58,647 nt of DNA. It comes from a virus (lineage: Duplodnaviria > Caudoviricetes). The notes beneath the pieces are model-generated. The model made no database searches. It worked only from the letters and a program-made list of their open reading frames with translations, and was not told where the DNA came from. Shown here piece by piece: positions 9,684 through 19,511 of the stretch (the stretch's first letter is position 1; each line of letters begins with the position of its first letter). The translations under genes and the position numbers were made by a program. The stretch spans positions 1-58,647 of IMG/VR virus record IMGVR_UViG_3300034012_002112; one strand, given 5' to 3'.

Positions 9684-12309
9684 TTTCTAGTTCATCTTCC
9701 ATTGTCGCATCAGCATTCACTTCTAGCGACATCCCATAGAACTCCTTGTACTTCTGTTTATCGGATGACACCTCCACAACGGACGGCCAATCCTCATATT
9801 TCGGGCTGGACTCCCGTACGGCAACGTTCACCATCCGCATGCCCCTGGTATTCCGCATGGGGAATGCGTTGATCTTGAGCTGATGCTTACAGACATCAAC
9901 AAACAGAGGTTCAAAGCGGTTCCGTGACATCACACCAACGTTGCACTGGCGGCAGAACTCGGCATAACTTGCGTACAACCACTTGTCCTGATTGGCATAG
10001 ATATGGGATGAACCCATCGGTGCATTCTTTGTGAAGCCCACAGCTGAACTCACACCTGGGTCATACACCACCTTGTGTTCCATCCAGTCCAACAGTGGGT
10101 TGGACCTGAGGTTCTGCATCTTCTCGTACTTCTGGAAGAACTTCACCCGCTTGGCGGTCTCCATCAGGTAGTTCCGCATCTCCTCCTCGCTCATGTCCAG
10201 GAGCCAGTTCACCAGCCCTGGCAGCAGAGGCGAGAACACACCCTGTGGTTCACCCTTGGAATTGAACTTAATCAGTTCCTTTTGTTCATTCGGGCCGCCC
10301 GTGAACGGACGGTCGAAAGGAATGGTGAGGCGACGACGGGCCAAACCAGAGGTGTAGTCGGTGGACTGAATAGCTTCGTTGGCCGTAATCATCACCATCC
10401 CGTGGTATTGGAATGGATCTAATGCTTCGCCCTGATACTTGCGTTCACTACGGATCCAGTCATTACCGGTGATGGCCTTCAGGCGAGAGACCGAACCACC
10501 CCAGCGGTCAGCATCCTGGAACAGCAACAGCTTCTTACCCATGTAAGCAGCTGCCTCAAAACGGTTCTTCTCCATGTTCTCGAAGTCCGTTGAGTAGGTA
10601 TTACTCTTACCCACCAGTGCGACAGCCAAGTTGGCGTAGGTGGATTTACCCGACTTACCCGGACCCACAATCTCAATGAACTTCTGGATCTCATAGCGAC
10701 CCAAGAGTGTGGCCCTAAGCCATGCCCGCAGAACTTGAGTGCGCTCCCAGCTGTCGTGCTGCGTATGCTTCAGCCACTTAACAATTTCTTCACATGTAGC
10801 AGATGGATCGTAGGGGTACGGCATCTGCTGGATCATGTGCTGCTCCTTAGTAAATGGAAGCAGCTCCCTGGTCTCGACATTCAGAACACCGTTGGTGAAC
10901 AGCAGGAATTCCGAGCCGTCATACCAGTCCTCAAAGGACAGGATCGACTGCAGCTGGCTGAACACATCGTTCATCAGGTTGGAGCTGAAGCCATTGGGGA
11001 GGAAGTCACCCAGCAGTTGCAGTTTGTGGCGGATGTCGCCCAAGATCTCAATCTTGGTCAGGGGTGACCAGAGACCACGGGCCTCCTTCTGGTACTGAAA
11101 AAACTGACCGTGGGGTTGACTGAAGAGCAGATCCCCCTTATACAGATCCAGAACAACGTCGGTAACTACGTTCGATGAAGGGTTTCGCGTCCGCTGGTCT
11201 TTGCCTGTTTTGTCTGCAGGCACCTGCTTTTGCCGTGAACTCCACAACGGTTGAGCAGCAGTGGGAGCCGTGGTTTGCTCCAGTACTTCAGGTGCCATCT
11301 GTAGATCCTCTTCTAGTTCAGCCAATAAATTTGAAACGTGTTCTAATGTCGCATCATCAACATTCATCGCACGGTGTTCCTGGGAAGGCTTCCAGCCATG
11401 CTCCTGGGCGATGTGAATAAGGGAGCCGACGCCACGGCCACCACCTTTCGAGAAGGAACGCCAACGCCTGTGGCACTCACCGTCCCTGTACTTTTCCGAC
11501 TGCTTGGACCATTCGTCCCATTGCTCCAGCAGTGATTCATCCAACGAGTGCAGCGACTGACCAATCGTGATCCAAATGTCGTAGTCATCCGTTGCTTCCG
11601 GCGGCAGTGCCCACATGGCTTCTGTCGCCAGCTTCATGTCCCGTTCAAGGGAAACCTCAGCGTTGATGGCAAAGCTGGGGCCAACGATCCGAGTACGTTC
11701 GCGAGCCGGTGTGCCTTGGCGAACATTCTTGTTGATGATGGCGTTCAGCAGCCAGTCCGGGAACTCAGGCAGCTCTGGCACCCACTCAAAACCTTGGCCT
11801 TCTGCCGTGTAGTAACCATCAGTCTCAGGGTGTAGACCCATGAGAACGCCCTGGTGCCGCTGCCACAGGATCTCCAGTTTTTCTTTATCTTCTTCTGCGT
11901 GCCAGGTGTATTTGTTCCGGACGAAGTGCTTGTGCTTCTCCCGGTCCAGGCGATACAGCTTCCGCTCACGACCGATCTTCCCGCTGAGGATGGTCAGGGT
12001 CGGAGGCAGTGCTTCCTGGAGGGGCAGGTCAGAGATGCCTTCGATGAGCGGATAAACGCTGGGGCCATCGACATCAACCCATACCAAGCCATAGGGATGG
12101 TTGTAGACCGGACCACCAAGCAGACCGATAGCCCTGCAGTTGCCAGCGACAATTTCTTCTTCGACTTCCCGTACGCTGAACGGTTTGTTCTGCCACCCGT
12201 TGACGTAGGGATCCTTCTTGGCACCCAAGGGCGTGAGGGGCCAGTCCAGAGGGATGTAGCTGAGATTGATCTCGCCTGGTCTGAGGGCTTGCTGGCTGCG
12301 GCTGGTCAT
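9670..12309 (-). CDS. Prim-Pol/PriCT-2 primase fused to D5-type SF3 helicase
   Basis: WVDVDG primpol motif; YDIWITIGQSLH...WDEWSKQSEKY (PriCT-2); GPGKSGKST Walker A; LKAITGND, ITANE. Confidence 0.92.
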   Translation of the reverse strand: MTSRSQQALRPGEINLSYIPLDWPLTPLGAKKDPYVNGWQNKPFSVREVEEEIVAGNCRAIGLLGGPVYNHPYGLVWVDVDGPSVYPLIEGISDLPLQEALPPTLTILSGKIGRERKLYRLDREKHKHFVRNKYTWHAEEDKEKLEILWQRHQGVLMGLHPETDGYYTAEGQGFEWVPELPEFPDWLLNAIINKNVRQGTPARERTRIVGPSFAINAEVSLERDMKLATEAMWALPPEATDDYDIWITIGQSLHSLDESLLEQWDEWSKQSEKYRDGECHRRWRSFSKGGGRGVGSLIHIAQEHGWKPSQEHRAMNVDDATLEHVSNLLAELEEDLQMAPEVLEQTTAPTAAQPLWSSRQKQVPADKTGKDQRTRNPSSNVVTDVVLDLYKGDLLFSQPHGQFFQYQKEARGLWSPLTKIEILGDIRHKLQLLGDFLPNGFSSNLMNDVFSQLQSILSFEDWYDGSEFLLFTNGVLNVETRELLPFTKEQHMIQQMPYPYDPSATCEEIVKWLKHTQHDSWERTQVLRAWLRATLLGRYEIQKFIEIVGPGKSGKSTYANLAVALVGKSNTYSTDFENMEKNRFEAAAYMGKKLLLFQDADRWGGSVSRLKAITGNDWIRSERKYQGEALDPFQYHGMVMITANEAIQSTDYTSGLARRRLTIPFDRPFTGGPNEQKELIKFNSKGEPQGVFSPLLPGLVNWLLDMSEEEMRNYLMETAKRVKFFQKYEKMQNLRSNPLLDWMEHKVVYDPGVSSAVGFTKNAPMGSSHIYANQDKWLYASYAEFCRQCNVGVMSRNRFEPLFVDVCKHQLKINAFPMRNTRGMRMVNVAVRESSPKYEDWPSVVEVSSDKQKYKEFYGMSLEVNADATMEDELENADV

Positions 12310-12491
12310 GCTCGGCTATCTTCCTTAAGTTCTACTTTAAAGTTCCGATCAGGGAACGAAGCATCTTTCACCAGATAAAACGCATGAAGATGCATGAGGG
12401 AGGGCAGATAAAAACAATCCCCATCCACCGCATTGCTCATGCGGCACTGAAGAGTATTTATCCACTCTCCCAGGGAAATATAAATTTCCAT
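12306..12491 (-). CDS. hypothetical protein
   Basis: 61 aa, stop overlaps primase start. Confidence 0.6.
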   Translation of the reverse strand: MEIYISLGEWINTLQCRMSNAVDGDCFYLPSLMHLHAFYLVKDASFPDRNFKVELKEDSRA

Positions 12492-12561
12492 CTGGGGTGG
12501 AGCTGAGTGTTTTCTTATCCTACGGCGACCAATCCGTGGGAACCCTTACAGCTTTCTGAAA

Positions 12562-12723
12562 TCACTTAGACTCATTGGACTCATCCATAGCCTTGAATTC
12601 ATCCAGTATCCGGCTGTAGATATCAACTGGATTCTCACCTGTCTTAACTGCGCATGAAGTTGCGACAGACCATGCTGTCCTCTTGCGCCGTTCCTCAGGG
12701 CTGTCTGGATTCCACTCAGGCAT
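12562..12723 (-). CDS. small hypothetical protein
   Basis: Not in track: MPEWNPDSPEERRKRTAWSVATSC..., 53 aa, TGATG-coupled to exonuclease. Confidence 0.6.
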   Translation of the reverse strand: MPEWNPDSPEERRKRTAWSVATSCAVKTGENPVDIYSRILDEFKAMDESNESK

Positions 12724-13598
12724 CAGATCAAGTCCGGATCGTAGACACCGCAGTTCTCAACCTGGGCGTAATACTCTGCAACAATCTTGTACCAGTCCTC
12801 ATGCAGAATATCGAGATACCGCCTGGAGATCTTGAACACCTGAGTGCGGACAGGAGTTGAAACCAAGATTGCCGCCTGCTGCACCTTGATACCTAAGGTC
12901 TGCTGGATGGCGATGTCATAGGCCGCCAGCTGCTTACAGGTCTTCTTGAACTTCATGTGACCGCCCAAGAGATCCCGCCATTCCGGCGACCCCTTATCCA
13001 GGTCCTTAGGCCACTTGCGACTATAAGGTTTGACGCTGGTTTTCAAGTCAGCCAGAGTGAGCTTGTTATTAGCCACAGCAATAATGTCGGGAGCACCAGC
13101 CCAACTTCGCCCGTCGTTATCGCAACCCCACACGCGAGCAACGTCATCAGCACCGATAGTAAAGTTAAACTTTTCAAGAACAGGAGATTCCGCCCACAGG
13201 ACCTCTTGAAATTGATCAAGGATCGAAGGCATGCCCGCCCAAAAGTCCTTGTAGTCATCAGCGATCTCCGGAGTTTTGTTTCCTTTTAGGTACTGCTCCA
13301 TCCCGTAGTGTATGGCAGTCCCCCGTTCAGCAGCTGCTTCTTTCACGCCAGGGTTAGCTTTCGACCACATCTCCAGCTTCCGCTTGTTTGCTTCGGAAGC
13401 AGTTTCGCTGATGATTGTAGTTACGGACGGCGCAGGTCCAGTGGGTAACGGAGTTGTATAGTGACGTTTTCCGTTAAGCGTAATTCTGGCTGCGGTCCTG
13501 TTTAGGTCCCGCATCTTCTCTGGTTGCTCATCCTTGGCCCGGATCCAAGGATCAGATGAATTAATTTTAGCAACCATCGACGGTTTTGTATATTGCAA
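12723..13598 (-). CDS. PD-(D/E)xK exonuclease
   Basis: PSVTTII, RGTAIH, AGAPD...LADLKTS, QLAAY. Confidence 0.88.
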   Translation of the reverse strand: MQYTKPSMVAKINSSDPWIRAKDEQPEKMRDLNRTAARITLNGKRHYTTPLPTGPAPSVTTIISETASEANKRKLEMWSKANPGVKEAAAERGTAIHYGMEQYLKGNKTPEIADDYKDFWAGMPSILDQFQEVLWAESPVLEKFNFTIGADDVARVWGCDNDGRSWAGAPDIIAVANNKLTLADLKTSVKPYSRKWPKDLDKGSPEWRDLLGGHMKFKKTCKQLAAYDIAIQQTLGIKVQQAAILVSTPVRTQVFKISRRYLDILHEDWYKIVAEYYAQVENCGVYDPDLI

Positions 13599-13629
13599 CT
13601 AAGCTATCGCATATAGCAACGGACTGCAC

Positions 13630-13734
13630 ATGAAGGACTTTACGTATGCAATCCTGACGATTTTGGGCGCTATTCTAGTAGTCGTAGGTATTGATGCCTA
13701 CGTCTTCTTCCATGAAGTAGCCTCCCGTCAATGA
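13630..13734 (+). CDS. single-TM peptide
   Basis: MKDFTYAILTILGAILVVVGIDAYVFFHEVASRQ; ATGA-coupled to hli. Confidence 0.55.
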   Translation: MKDFTYAILTILGAILVVVGIDAYVFFHEVASRQ

Positions 13735-14000
13735 ACAAGTTCATCCTCGGCGTTCAGGGATACATCTCCTGCTTCGGCTGGATCCTCCAAGCCATCTGCC
13801 AATACATCCTGGAAGAATGCCCTGACTTAAAATTCTGGAAGGGCCATACAAACTTTGACGATCACATCTGGTACGCCGAGCGGGTGAACGGACGTATTGC
13901 GATGGTGGTCCTAACGGTTGTATTGCTGTATGAATTCACAACGCATACCAGTATTTGGAGTCTGATCGATGGCATCCAACATCACACGGTTCTACCTTGA
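13731..14000 (+). CDS. hli: high-light inducible protein-like
   Basis: Chlorophyll-binding motif AERVNGRIAM followed by a TM helix. Confidence 0.8.
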   Translation: MNKFILGVQGYISCFGWILQAICQYILEECPDLKFWKGHTNFDDHIWYAERVNGRIAMVVLTVVLLYEFTTHTSIWSLIDGIQHHTVLP

Positions 14001-14130
14001 CTTTGATGAGGAGTGCAGGACCGGTTGCCTGAATGGCAAAGTGTTTGAAGATGTTGAAACAATAGAAGCCGACGAGTTTGAGAAGCGTTTACAAGCAGAA
14101 GAAATCTCTTATATTCGGGTAGATCTGTAA
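13969..14130 (+). CDS. small acidic hypothetical protein
   Basis: MASNITRFYLDFDEECRTGC..., 53 aa, GGAG upstream. Confidence 0.55.
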   Translation: MASNITRFYLDFDEECRTGCLNGKVFEDVETIEADEFEKRLQAEEISYIRVDL

Positions 14131-14137
14131 ACCATTC

Positions 14138-15694
14138 ATGACTGGCAAGCGCATCGCAGTGCTCACACTGTGGCGAGATAACAGTGACAACATTGGTCAC
14201 GCGCTTGCCCAGTACGAATGGATGGAAGACGAGCTGATCCCCAGGGGATACCGTTTCATCTACGCCTTCCTGGAGAACGATTCCAAAGATATGACGGCAG
14301 GAATCCTGCTGCGTTGGATGGAAGATCGCAAGGGATTTTTGACTTCCGAGAAGACTGGATCCCGTAAGTGGGGCAGTGTTCAGTCGACCGAACGTACCAA
14401 GTGGCTGGCCCGATACCGCAATATTTGCCTGAGTTCCCTTGACTTCTGGGCTTTTGATTACCTACTGGTTGTCGATAGTGACGTTCATTACCGTCCTGAT
14501 CTCGTTGAGACGATGGTCATGGAGATGGAGAACGATCCAGGCCTGGGGATGATCACACCTAATACGGTACAGGACGTTACGGATGCGATTGGTGACACCG
14601 GACTTCCCTCTTATTACGACAGCTGGGCACTGATCGACCTGGAAGGAAACCAGGGGATGACGTTTGCCGCCAACCCATTCCTCGATCCAGATGATCGGCG
14701 CAACTGGGAAGATAACTTTCCCATCGAAGTCAAGAGCGCCTTTGGTTCGATTGCCATGATCCGTGGCTCCATTCTGGAGGAGCATGACATTGCATGGGAT
14801 GGTGAAAAGGGTTGTGAGCACTGGGGCTTATGCCAAGGAATCCGTGATGCCGGTTACGCCATCATCGTGGAACCTGAGCTTCACGCTGAGATCAAACACA
14901 AGGAGGAAGTGGTCCCCCACCCAGATGTGGTTGCATTCCACAAGGATCGGCTCCGGCAATACACGGTTAACATCATCCGTGGCCCTGAAGTGCCTAAGGA
15001 TTTCACCATTACTTTTGGTATCTGCACCGGCTATACCAATGCCGAGCACCTGATCAAGTGCGTTGAATCCATCCGCAACCAAGCCAAGGATCTCGACGAC
15101 TACCAGATCTTGGTCATTGGCCCAGAAGCACCCGACGCCATTGTTGAGGAGCTGGACCACCCCGACATCGAGTTCATCACTTTCGATGAATCGGTGCGTC
15201 CAATGTGGATCACCAAGAAGAAAAACATCCTGGCGCAGAAGGCAGACTTTGATCGCCTGTGCCTGATGCATGATTACATGTGGCTGACCCCCAACTGGGC
15301 CAAGAAATTGTCGGAGTTTGAATACCACAACTACTGGAATGTACTTGCGTTCCCGCAACAACGGGCAGACGGCGGTAGGTTCTGGTACGACTGGAGTGGA
15401 TTCCGTGGTCCCCGTGAGTTGGATGATCGCCAGTTCTATGACTACAAAGATTGGGATCACAATGATGAGGTGTATATCTCAGGCAACATCCTTTGCGTGC
15501 ACCGTGGCCTGTTGATTGAGCACCCCTTCGACGAAAGCCTGGGGCACATGGATGAAGAAGATCTGGAATGGAGTCGTCGCGTTGCTCCTTACGCTCACTT
15601 CAAGTGTGTATATAACTCACTCGTGTGTCACCAAAAAGAACACCGCGATCAAGCATTCTTTGATACCGTGGATTCAACTAAGGGTGCGTCATGA
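14138..15694 (+). CDS. two-domain GT-A glycosyltransferase
   Basis: Domain 1 LENDSKD, LARYRN, VDSD, SAFG, CEH; domain 2 ITFGICT, WITKKKN, MHDY, EDLEW. Confidence 0.85.
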   Translation: MTGKRIAVLTLWRDNSDNIGHALAQYEWMEDELIPRGYRFIYAFLENDSKDMTAGILLRWMEDRKGFLTSEKTGSRKWGSVQSTERTKWLARYRNICLSSLDFWAFDYLLVVDSDVHYRPDLVETMVMEMENDPGLGMITPNTVQDVTDAIGDTGLPSYYDSWALIDLEGNQGMTFAANPFLDPDDRRNWEDNFPIEVKSAFGSIAMIRGSILEEHDIAWDGEKGCEHWGLCQGIRDAGYAIIVEPELHAEIKHKEEVVPHPDVVAFHKDRLRQYTVNIIRGPEVPKDFTITFGICTGYTNAEHLIKCVESIRNQAKDLDDYQILVIGPEAPDAIVEELDHPDIEFITFDESVRPMWITKKKNILAQKADFDRLCLMHDYMWLTPNWAKKLSEFEYHNYWNVLAFPQQRADGGRFWYDWSGFRGPRELDDRQFYDYKDWDHNDEVYISGNILCVHRGLLIEHPFDESLGHMDEEDLEWSRRVAPYAHFKCVYNSLVCHQKEHRDQAFFDTVDSTKGAS

Positions 15695-17061
15695 ATAAAC
15701 TCATCTGCTTTGATCTTGATGGAGTCCTGGTCGACAGTAAGGACATCCACTTTCAGGCATTGAATGAAGCCCTGGCTGAGATTGACCCGAAGTATGTGAT
15801 CACCCGTGAGGAACACCTCAAGACATACGACGGCCTATCTACCAGTGTGAAGCTGGACCTACTGACCAAGAACAAGGGACTGCCAACCCAGTACCACCAA
15901 AAGGTCTGGGACATCAAACAACGATTGACAACGGACTATTTCAACGAGTTTGAAATGGATCCGCAGTTGATTGAGCTGTTGGTTCACATCAAGTGCCAAG
16001 GCATCAAGGTGGCGGTGGCATCCAACTGCATTCGTAAATCTGTACAGAATGCGTTGTACTCCCTACACCTCTTCCCGTTCATCGATTATTTCGTCAGTGC
16101 AGATGAGGTGACACGCAAGAAGCCATCACCTGATTTGTATTGGGAGTGCATGATCCATTGCAATGCAACTCCTTCTAACACGGTGGTGTTTGAAGATTCA
16201 CATGTCGGCCAGCAAGCTGCCCTGGACTCTGGCGCCCATGTGATCTGCGTTAAGAACCGCCTGGATCTAACTGCCGAAAAGATTCAGAAAGGTATTAACA
16301 TTCTCACAGAAGAAGTCATCGTTAAACCTAAACCGCACATGGAAGATCTCAACGTACTGATCCCAATGGCAGGCCGTGGGTCTCGGTTTGCTGCAGCCGG
16401 TTATACGTTCCCCAAACCGTTGATTGATGTGCGTGGCAAACCCATGATCCAGTGGGTGGTTGAAAACGTAGGGATCAAAGCGAACTATACGTTCATTGCA
16501 CAGCAGGAACACATTGATCAATACAGTCTGCCCAGCCTTCTCAATCTGATCTCCCCTGGTTCTAATGTGGTTTCAGTCGATGGTGTTACCGAAGGTGCGG
16601 CGTGCACTGCACTACTGGCCCGCGATCTGATTGACAATGACAAGCCCCTGCTAATCCTTAACAGCGACCAATACCTGGAGTGGGATCCAATCCACAGCCT
16701 GTACCAGCTGGAAAACAGCAAGGCCGATGGTGCGATCTTCACTTTCTATAGCACCCACCCGAAGTGGAGCTACGTCAAGCGTGAGCCTGGTACAACCAAC
16801 ATCGTTGAGGTAGCGGAGAAGAAGCCAATCAGTCACGATGCCACCTGCGGTGTGTATTGGTGGCGCAAGGGATCTGACTTTGTCAAGTACGTAGATCAGA
16901 TGATTGCAGCTGACGATAGAACCCTTGGTGAGTTTTATATTTGCCCTGCTTACAACTATGCCATCAACGATGGTAAAAAAATTTCTGCAGTCCCAGTTCG
17001 GGCCATGCACGGGCTTGGTACCCCAGAAGATCTTGACATTTTTTTGAAGGAGTTTGCCTGA
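15691..17061 (+). CDS. HAD phosphatase fused to sugar nucleotidyltransferase
   Basis: FDLDGVLVD, KPSP, FEDS; then LIPMAGRGSRF...PKPLI...EKKPIS...LGTPEDL. Confidence 0.9.
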   Translation: MNKLICFDLDGVLVDSKDIHFQALNEALAEIDPKYVITREEHLKTYDGLSTSVKLDLLTKNKGLPTQYHQKVWDIKQRLTTDYFNEFEMDPQLIELLVHIKCQGIKVAVASNCIRKSVQNALYSLHLFPFIDYFVSADEVTRKKPSPDLYWECMIHCNATPSNTVVFEDSHVGQQAALDSGAHVICVKNRLDLTAEKIQKGINILTEEVIVKPKPHMEDLNVLIPMAGRGSRFAAAGYTFPKPLIDVRGKPMIQWVVENVGIKANYTFIAQQEHIDQYSLPSLLNLISPGSNVVSVDGVTEGAACTALLARDLIDNDKPLLILNSDQYLEWDPIHSLYQLENSKADGAIFTFYSTHPKWSYVKREPGTTNIVEVAEKKPISHDATCGVYWWRKGSDFVKYVDQMIAADDRTLGEFYICPAYNYAINDGKKISAVPVRAMHGLGTPEDLDIFLKEFA

Positions 17062-17546
17062 TGGTATTTATTAGCCCGATATCCCATCGCGGTAATTTAC
17101 GCGGCCCAGAGCCAGACAAAGAGAATAACCCGGACTACATCGATGCAGCTATCAATGAGCTGTATGAAGTAGAGGTTGACATTCGTTACATTGAAGGTAA
17201 CTTCTACCTCGGTCACGATAGTCCGGAGCACTTTGTTGATCTGCACTGGTTAAAGGAGCGGACTGAATACCTGATCCTCCACTGCAAGAACTTGCCGGCC
17301 CTTTACTTACTCAAGGACCAGCACCATTGCTTCTGGCACGAGAGCGATTGTTACACACTGACAAGCCGCAACAAGATCTGGACTTATCCCAATCAGAACG
17401 TCGGGCCTGACTGCATCATTGTCGACCTGGAACCTCCGACCAGAGAGAAGGTGGAAGGCTGGAAGGCTAAGGGATGCTATGCAGTTTGTAGTGATTACGC
17501 TGATATTATTAGCTATGGGTCGGAATCCATCCCTAAGATGGTTTAG
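17061..17546 (+). CDS. glycerophosphodiester phosphodiesterase-like protein
   Basis: ISHRGN, EVEVDI, LGHD, HCKN, VCSDY. Confidence 0.75.
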   Translation: MVFISPISHRGNLRGPEPDKENNPDYIDAAINELYEVEVDIRYIEGNFYLGHDSPEHFVDLHWLKERTEYLILHCKNLPALYLLKDQHHCFWHESDCYTLTSRNKIWTYPNQNVGPDCIIVDLEPPTREKVEGWKAKGCYAVCSDYADIISYGSESIPKMV

Positions 17547-17710
17547 TAAACCGAATACCTAATTCAAAATGGCACTGCAAGAATACGAAGATGCACTGGT
17601 GCAGGGTTATCAATTCTTAGATAATCACAACCAGTTACTCCACAGTCTCAAACTCTCGCGTCTCAATGCTGATCATAACTCCTATACTGAGAACACCCAA
17701 GGAATCGGAA

Positions 17711-17905
17711 ATGGCTCTGTCCAACCAGGTGAAGGAATCGGTGAAGCAGGCGACGGAAGCGTTGCGTGATGCACTGGCTTTTGCTGCACGAGCAGAGCAT
17801 CCCATCACGATTAACATGATTGCCGACATGCTGAGCAGGCTTGAATCCCTGGAGCATGTGGATGAAATCATGGAGCGTTTTGGTGGACAGCCCATCCAAA
17901 AGTAA
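17711..17905 (+). CDS. hypothetical helical protein
   Basis: MALSNQVKESVKQATEALRDALAFAAR..., 64 aa. Confidence 0.7.
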   Translation: MALSNQVKESVKQATEALRDALAFAARAEHPITINMIADMLSRLESLEHVDEIMERFGGQPIQK

Positions 17906-18086
17906 ATTCAGACAGCCAACTGAACAAGAACGGCTAGAAGATTACTTCTGGAAGCTGGAAAGCCTGATCCCTAATCCTCCAAGGGATTGGGCAAAGTCTG
18001 CTCGTCCGTGTAAGTGGGCTAAAATATTAGAAGAAAAGAAAAACAATCCTGATGCCCCAGGACGACAGCAAATATTCCAAGCCTGA
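17841..18086 (+). CDS. hypothetical protein (start uncertain)
   Basis: Fills the gap between neighbouring genes. Confidence 0.45.
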   Translation: MNPWSMWMKSWSVLVDSPSKSKFRQPTEQERLEDYFWKLESLIPNPPRDWAKSARPCKWAKILEEKKNNPDAPGRQQIFQA

Positions 18087-18336
18087 ATTACGCGAGAACA
18101 TCAAAGATCGTGTGATGTCTGGCTCTAAGGGCGGTAAGCCAGGGCAGTGGAGCGCACGCAAGGCACAACTTGTTGCTCAGGAATATGAGAAAGCAGGTGG
18201 TGGTTATAAGGGAGGCAAGGGAGAAAAACAGAAGTCTTTGGAGAAGTGGGGTAAAGAGAAGTGGATGACAAAGGATGAATATGAAAAGCGTAGTAAAGCT
18301 AAAGCTGCTGCTAAGAAATATAAGGATAACAAGTAA
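18052..18336 (+). CDS. basic protein, DUF5872-like N-half
   Basis: YSKPELRE...GGKPGQWSARKAQ...GGGYKG...SLEKW. Confidence 0.75.
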   Translation: MPQDDSKYSKPELRENIKDRVMSGSKGGKPGQWSARKAQLVAQEYEKAGGGYKGGKGEKQKSLEKWGKEKWMTKDEYEKRSKAKAAAKKYKDNK

Positions 18337-18360
18337 ACGGTAATTATTAGGAATCCTGTT

Positions 18361-18567
18361 ATGGCAGACAAAGCAATACAGAAGGGATACACCAAGCGGT
18401 ACCTACCGGAATCCGCCTGGGCGTCACTGTCCAAAGAAGAACGACAGGAGACAGACCAGAAGAAACGTGCTGCTAGCAGAGAAGGAAAACAATTTGTGAA
18501 GAATACGGAAGCAGCAGAGAAAGCAGGCCGTGCCGCTCGTGCAGCCAAGCGTTATAAGAATAAGTAA
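18361..18567 (+). CDS. basic protein, DUF5872-like C-half
   Basis: RYLPESAWASLS...KKRAASREGKQFVKN. Confidence 0.7.
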   Translation: MADKAIQKGYTKRYLPESAWASLSKEERQETDQKKRAASREGKQFVKNTEAAEKAGRAARAAKRYKNK

Positions 18568-18602
18568 TTTCTCGTATAATTAGTAAAGAAATATTTCTAA
18601 TC

Positions 18603-18770
18603 ATGGCTGAAGGCAAGAAGTTTGTCCCTGGCAAGGGCATGGTCCCCGCTGGCAAGGCAGCCCCCGCCAAGGGCGCCAAGAAGGAAGCCGTTCCCCCCAA
18701 GAAAGGTGCGGCTCCTGCCAAGAAAGGTGCGGCTCCTGCCAAGAAGGCTATGCCCCCTAAGAAAAAGTGA
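18603..18770 (+). CDS. Lys/Ala/Pro-rich histone H1-like peptide
   Basis: Not in track: MAEGKKFVPGKGMVPAGKAAPAKGAKKEAVPPKKGAAPAKKGAAPAKKAMPPKKK; 21-bp tandem repeat; TATAAT upstream. Confidence 0.7.
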   Translation: MAEGKKFVPGKGMVPAGKAAPAKGAKKEAVPPKKGAAPAKKGAAPAKKAMPPKKK

Positions 18771-18832
18771 TCTATCGTAACTTCTAATTTGTTCCTAATT
18801 TGAAATAGATTAGGAGTTCATTAGGAGTTTAG

Positions 18833-19498
18833 ATGACCACTCTTGTTGCGAACGTACCTCCCGTCAAGGTCTGGGTGCGGCGCGAGTATTTGCGTGACCT
18901 GCGCGATGGCCATGGGGAATACACCCCCGGCTATTGGGTTACATGTAAATCGCTCACTGGCCGCGCCCTGTACTTTGAGACGTACCTGATGGAGTACGGA
19001 GCGCTGTATGACAAGCTGCCCATCAGTGCATTCTTGTCCTGGGACCCTGACCATCCGGACAAACCCGTAGCGCCAACCCCAGATCTAGAGTTGACAGACC
19101 TTCAGTTCTGGAATGGGTTTGATCACGGGTTAGTTGTTGTTGAAAAGAATTTAATCTTCAATATGAGTTTTGAAGTCCTGACACGAAGTGCAGGTGTAAT
19201 GAAGGGCACATATCTATTTACGGTTGACAATTACCATCCTCATAGAAACGAACCCGACTTCTATTTTGCGGAGTTTCCAGATGAGCACAAATCCCATAAC
19301 ATCGTGGCTCTGGACAACGGTCAAATTGGTGCTTATCCCAATAACCGTTGTCGCATGTGCGATCCATCACTGACCAACCACGACCTCAAGACGCCTGACT
19401 TCAAGGTATCCACCCGTTACTTTGATGTAGAGCAGGCACCTAAGTGGGGCCGCCTTGGTGAACAAGATGATTACTTCTGGAAAACACCTAACGAATAA
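18833..19498 (+). CDS. conserved phage hypothetical protein
   Basis: 221 aa; ANVPPVKVWVRREYL, YGALYDKLPISAF, LDNGQIGAYPNNR. Confidence 0.8.
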   Translation: MTTLVANVPPVKVWVRREYLRDLRDGHGEYTPGYWVTCKSLTGRALYFETYLMEYGALYDKLPISAFLSWDPDHPDKPVAPTPDLELTDLQFWNGFDHGLVVVEKNLIFNMSFEVLTRSAGVMKGTYLFTVDNYHPHRNEPDFYFAEFPDEHKSHNIVALDNGQIGAYPNNRCRMCDPSLTNHDLKTPDFKVSTRYFDVEQAPKWGRLGEQDDYFWKTPNE

Positions 19499-19500
19499 TT

Positions 19501-19509
19501 TGGTATAGT
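19501..19509 (+). promoter_or_regulatory. extended -10 promoter for the ncRNA locus
   Basis: TGGTATAGT (TGn-TATAGT) just before the structured region. Confidence 0.55.
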
Positions 19510-19511
19510 AT

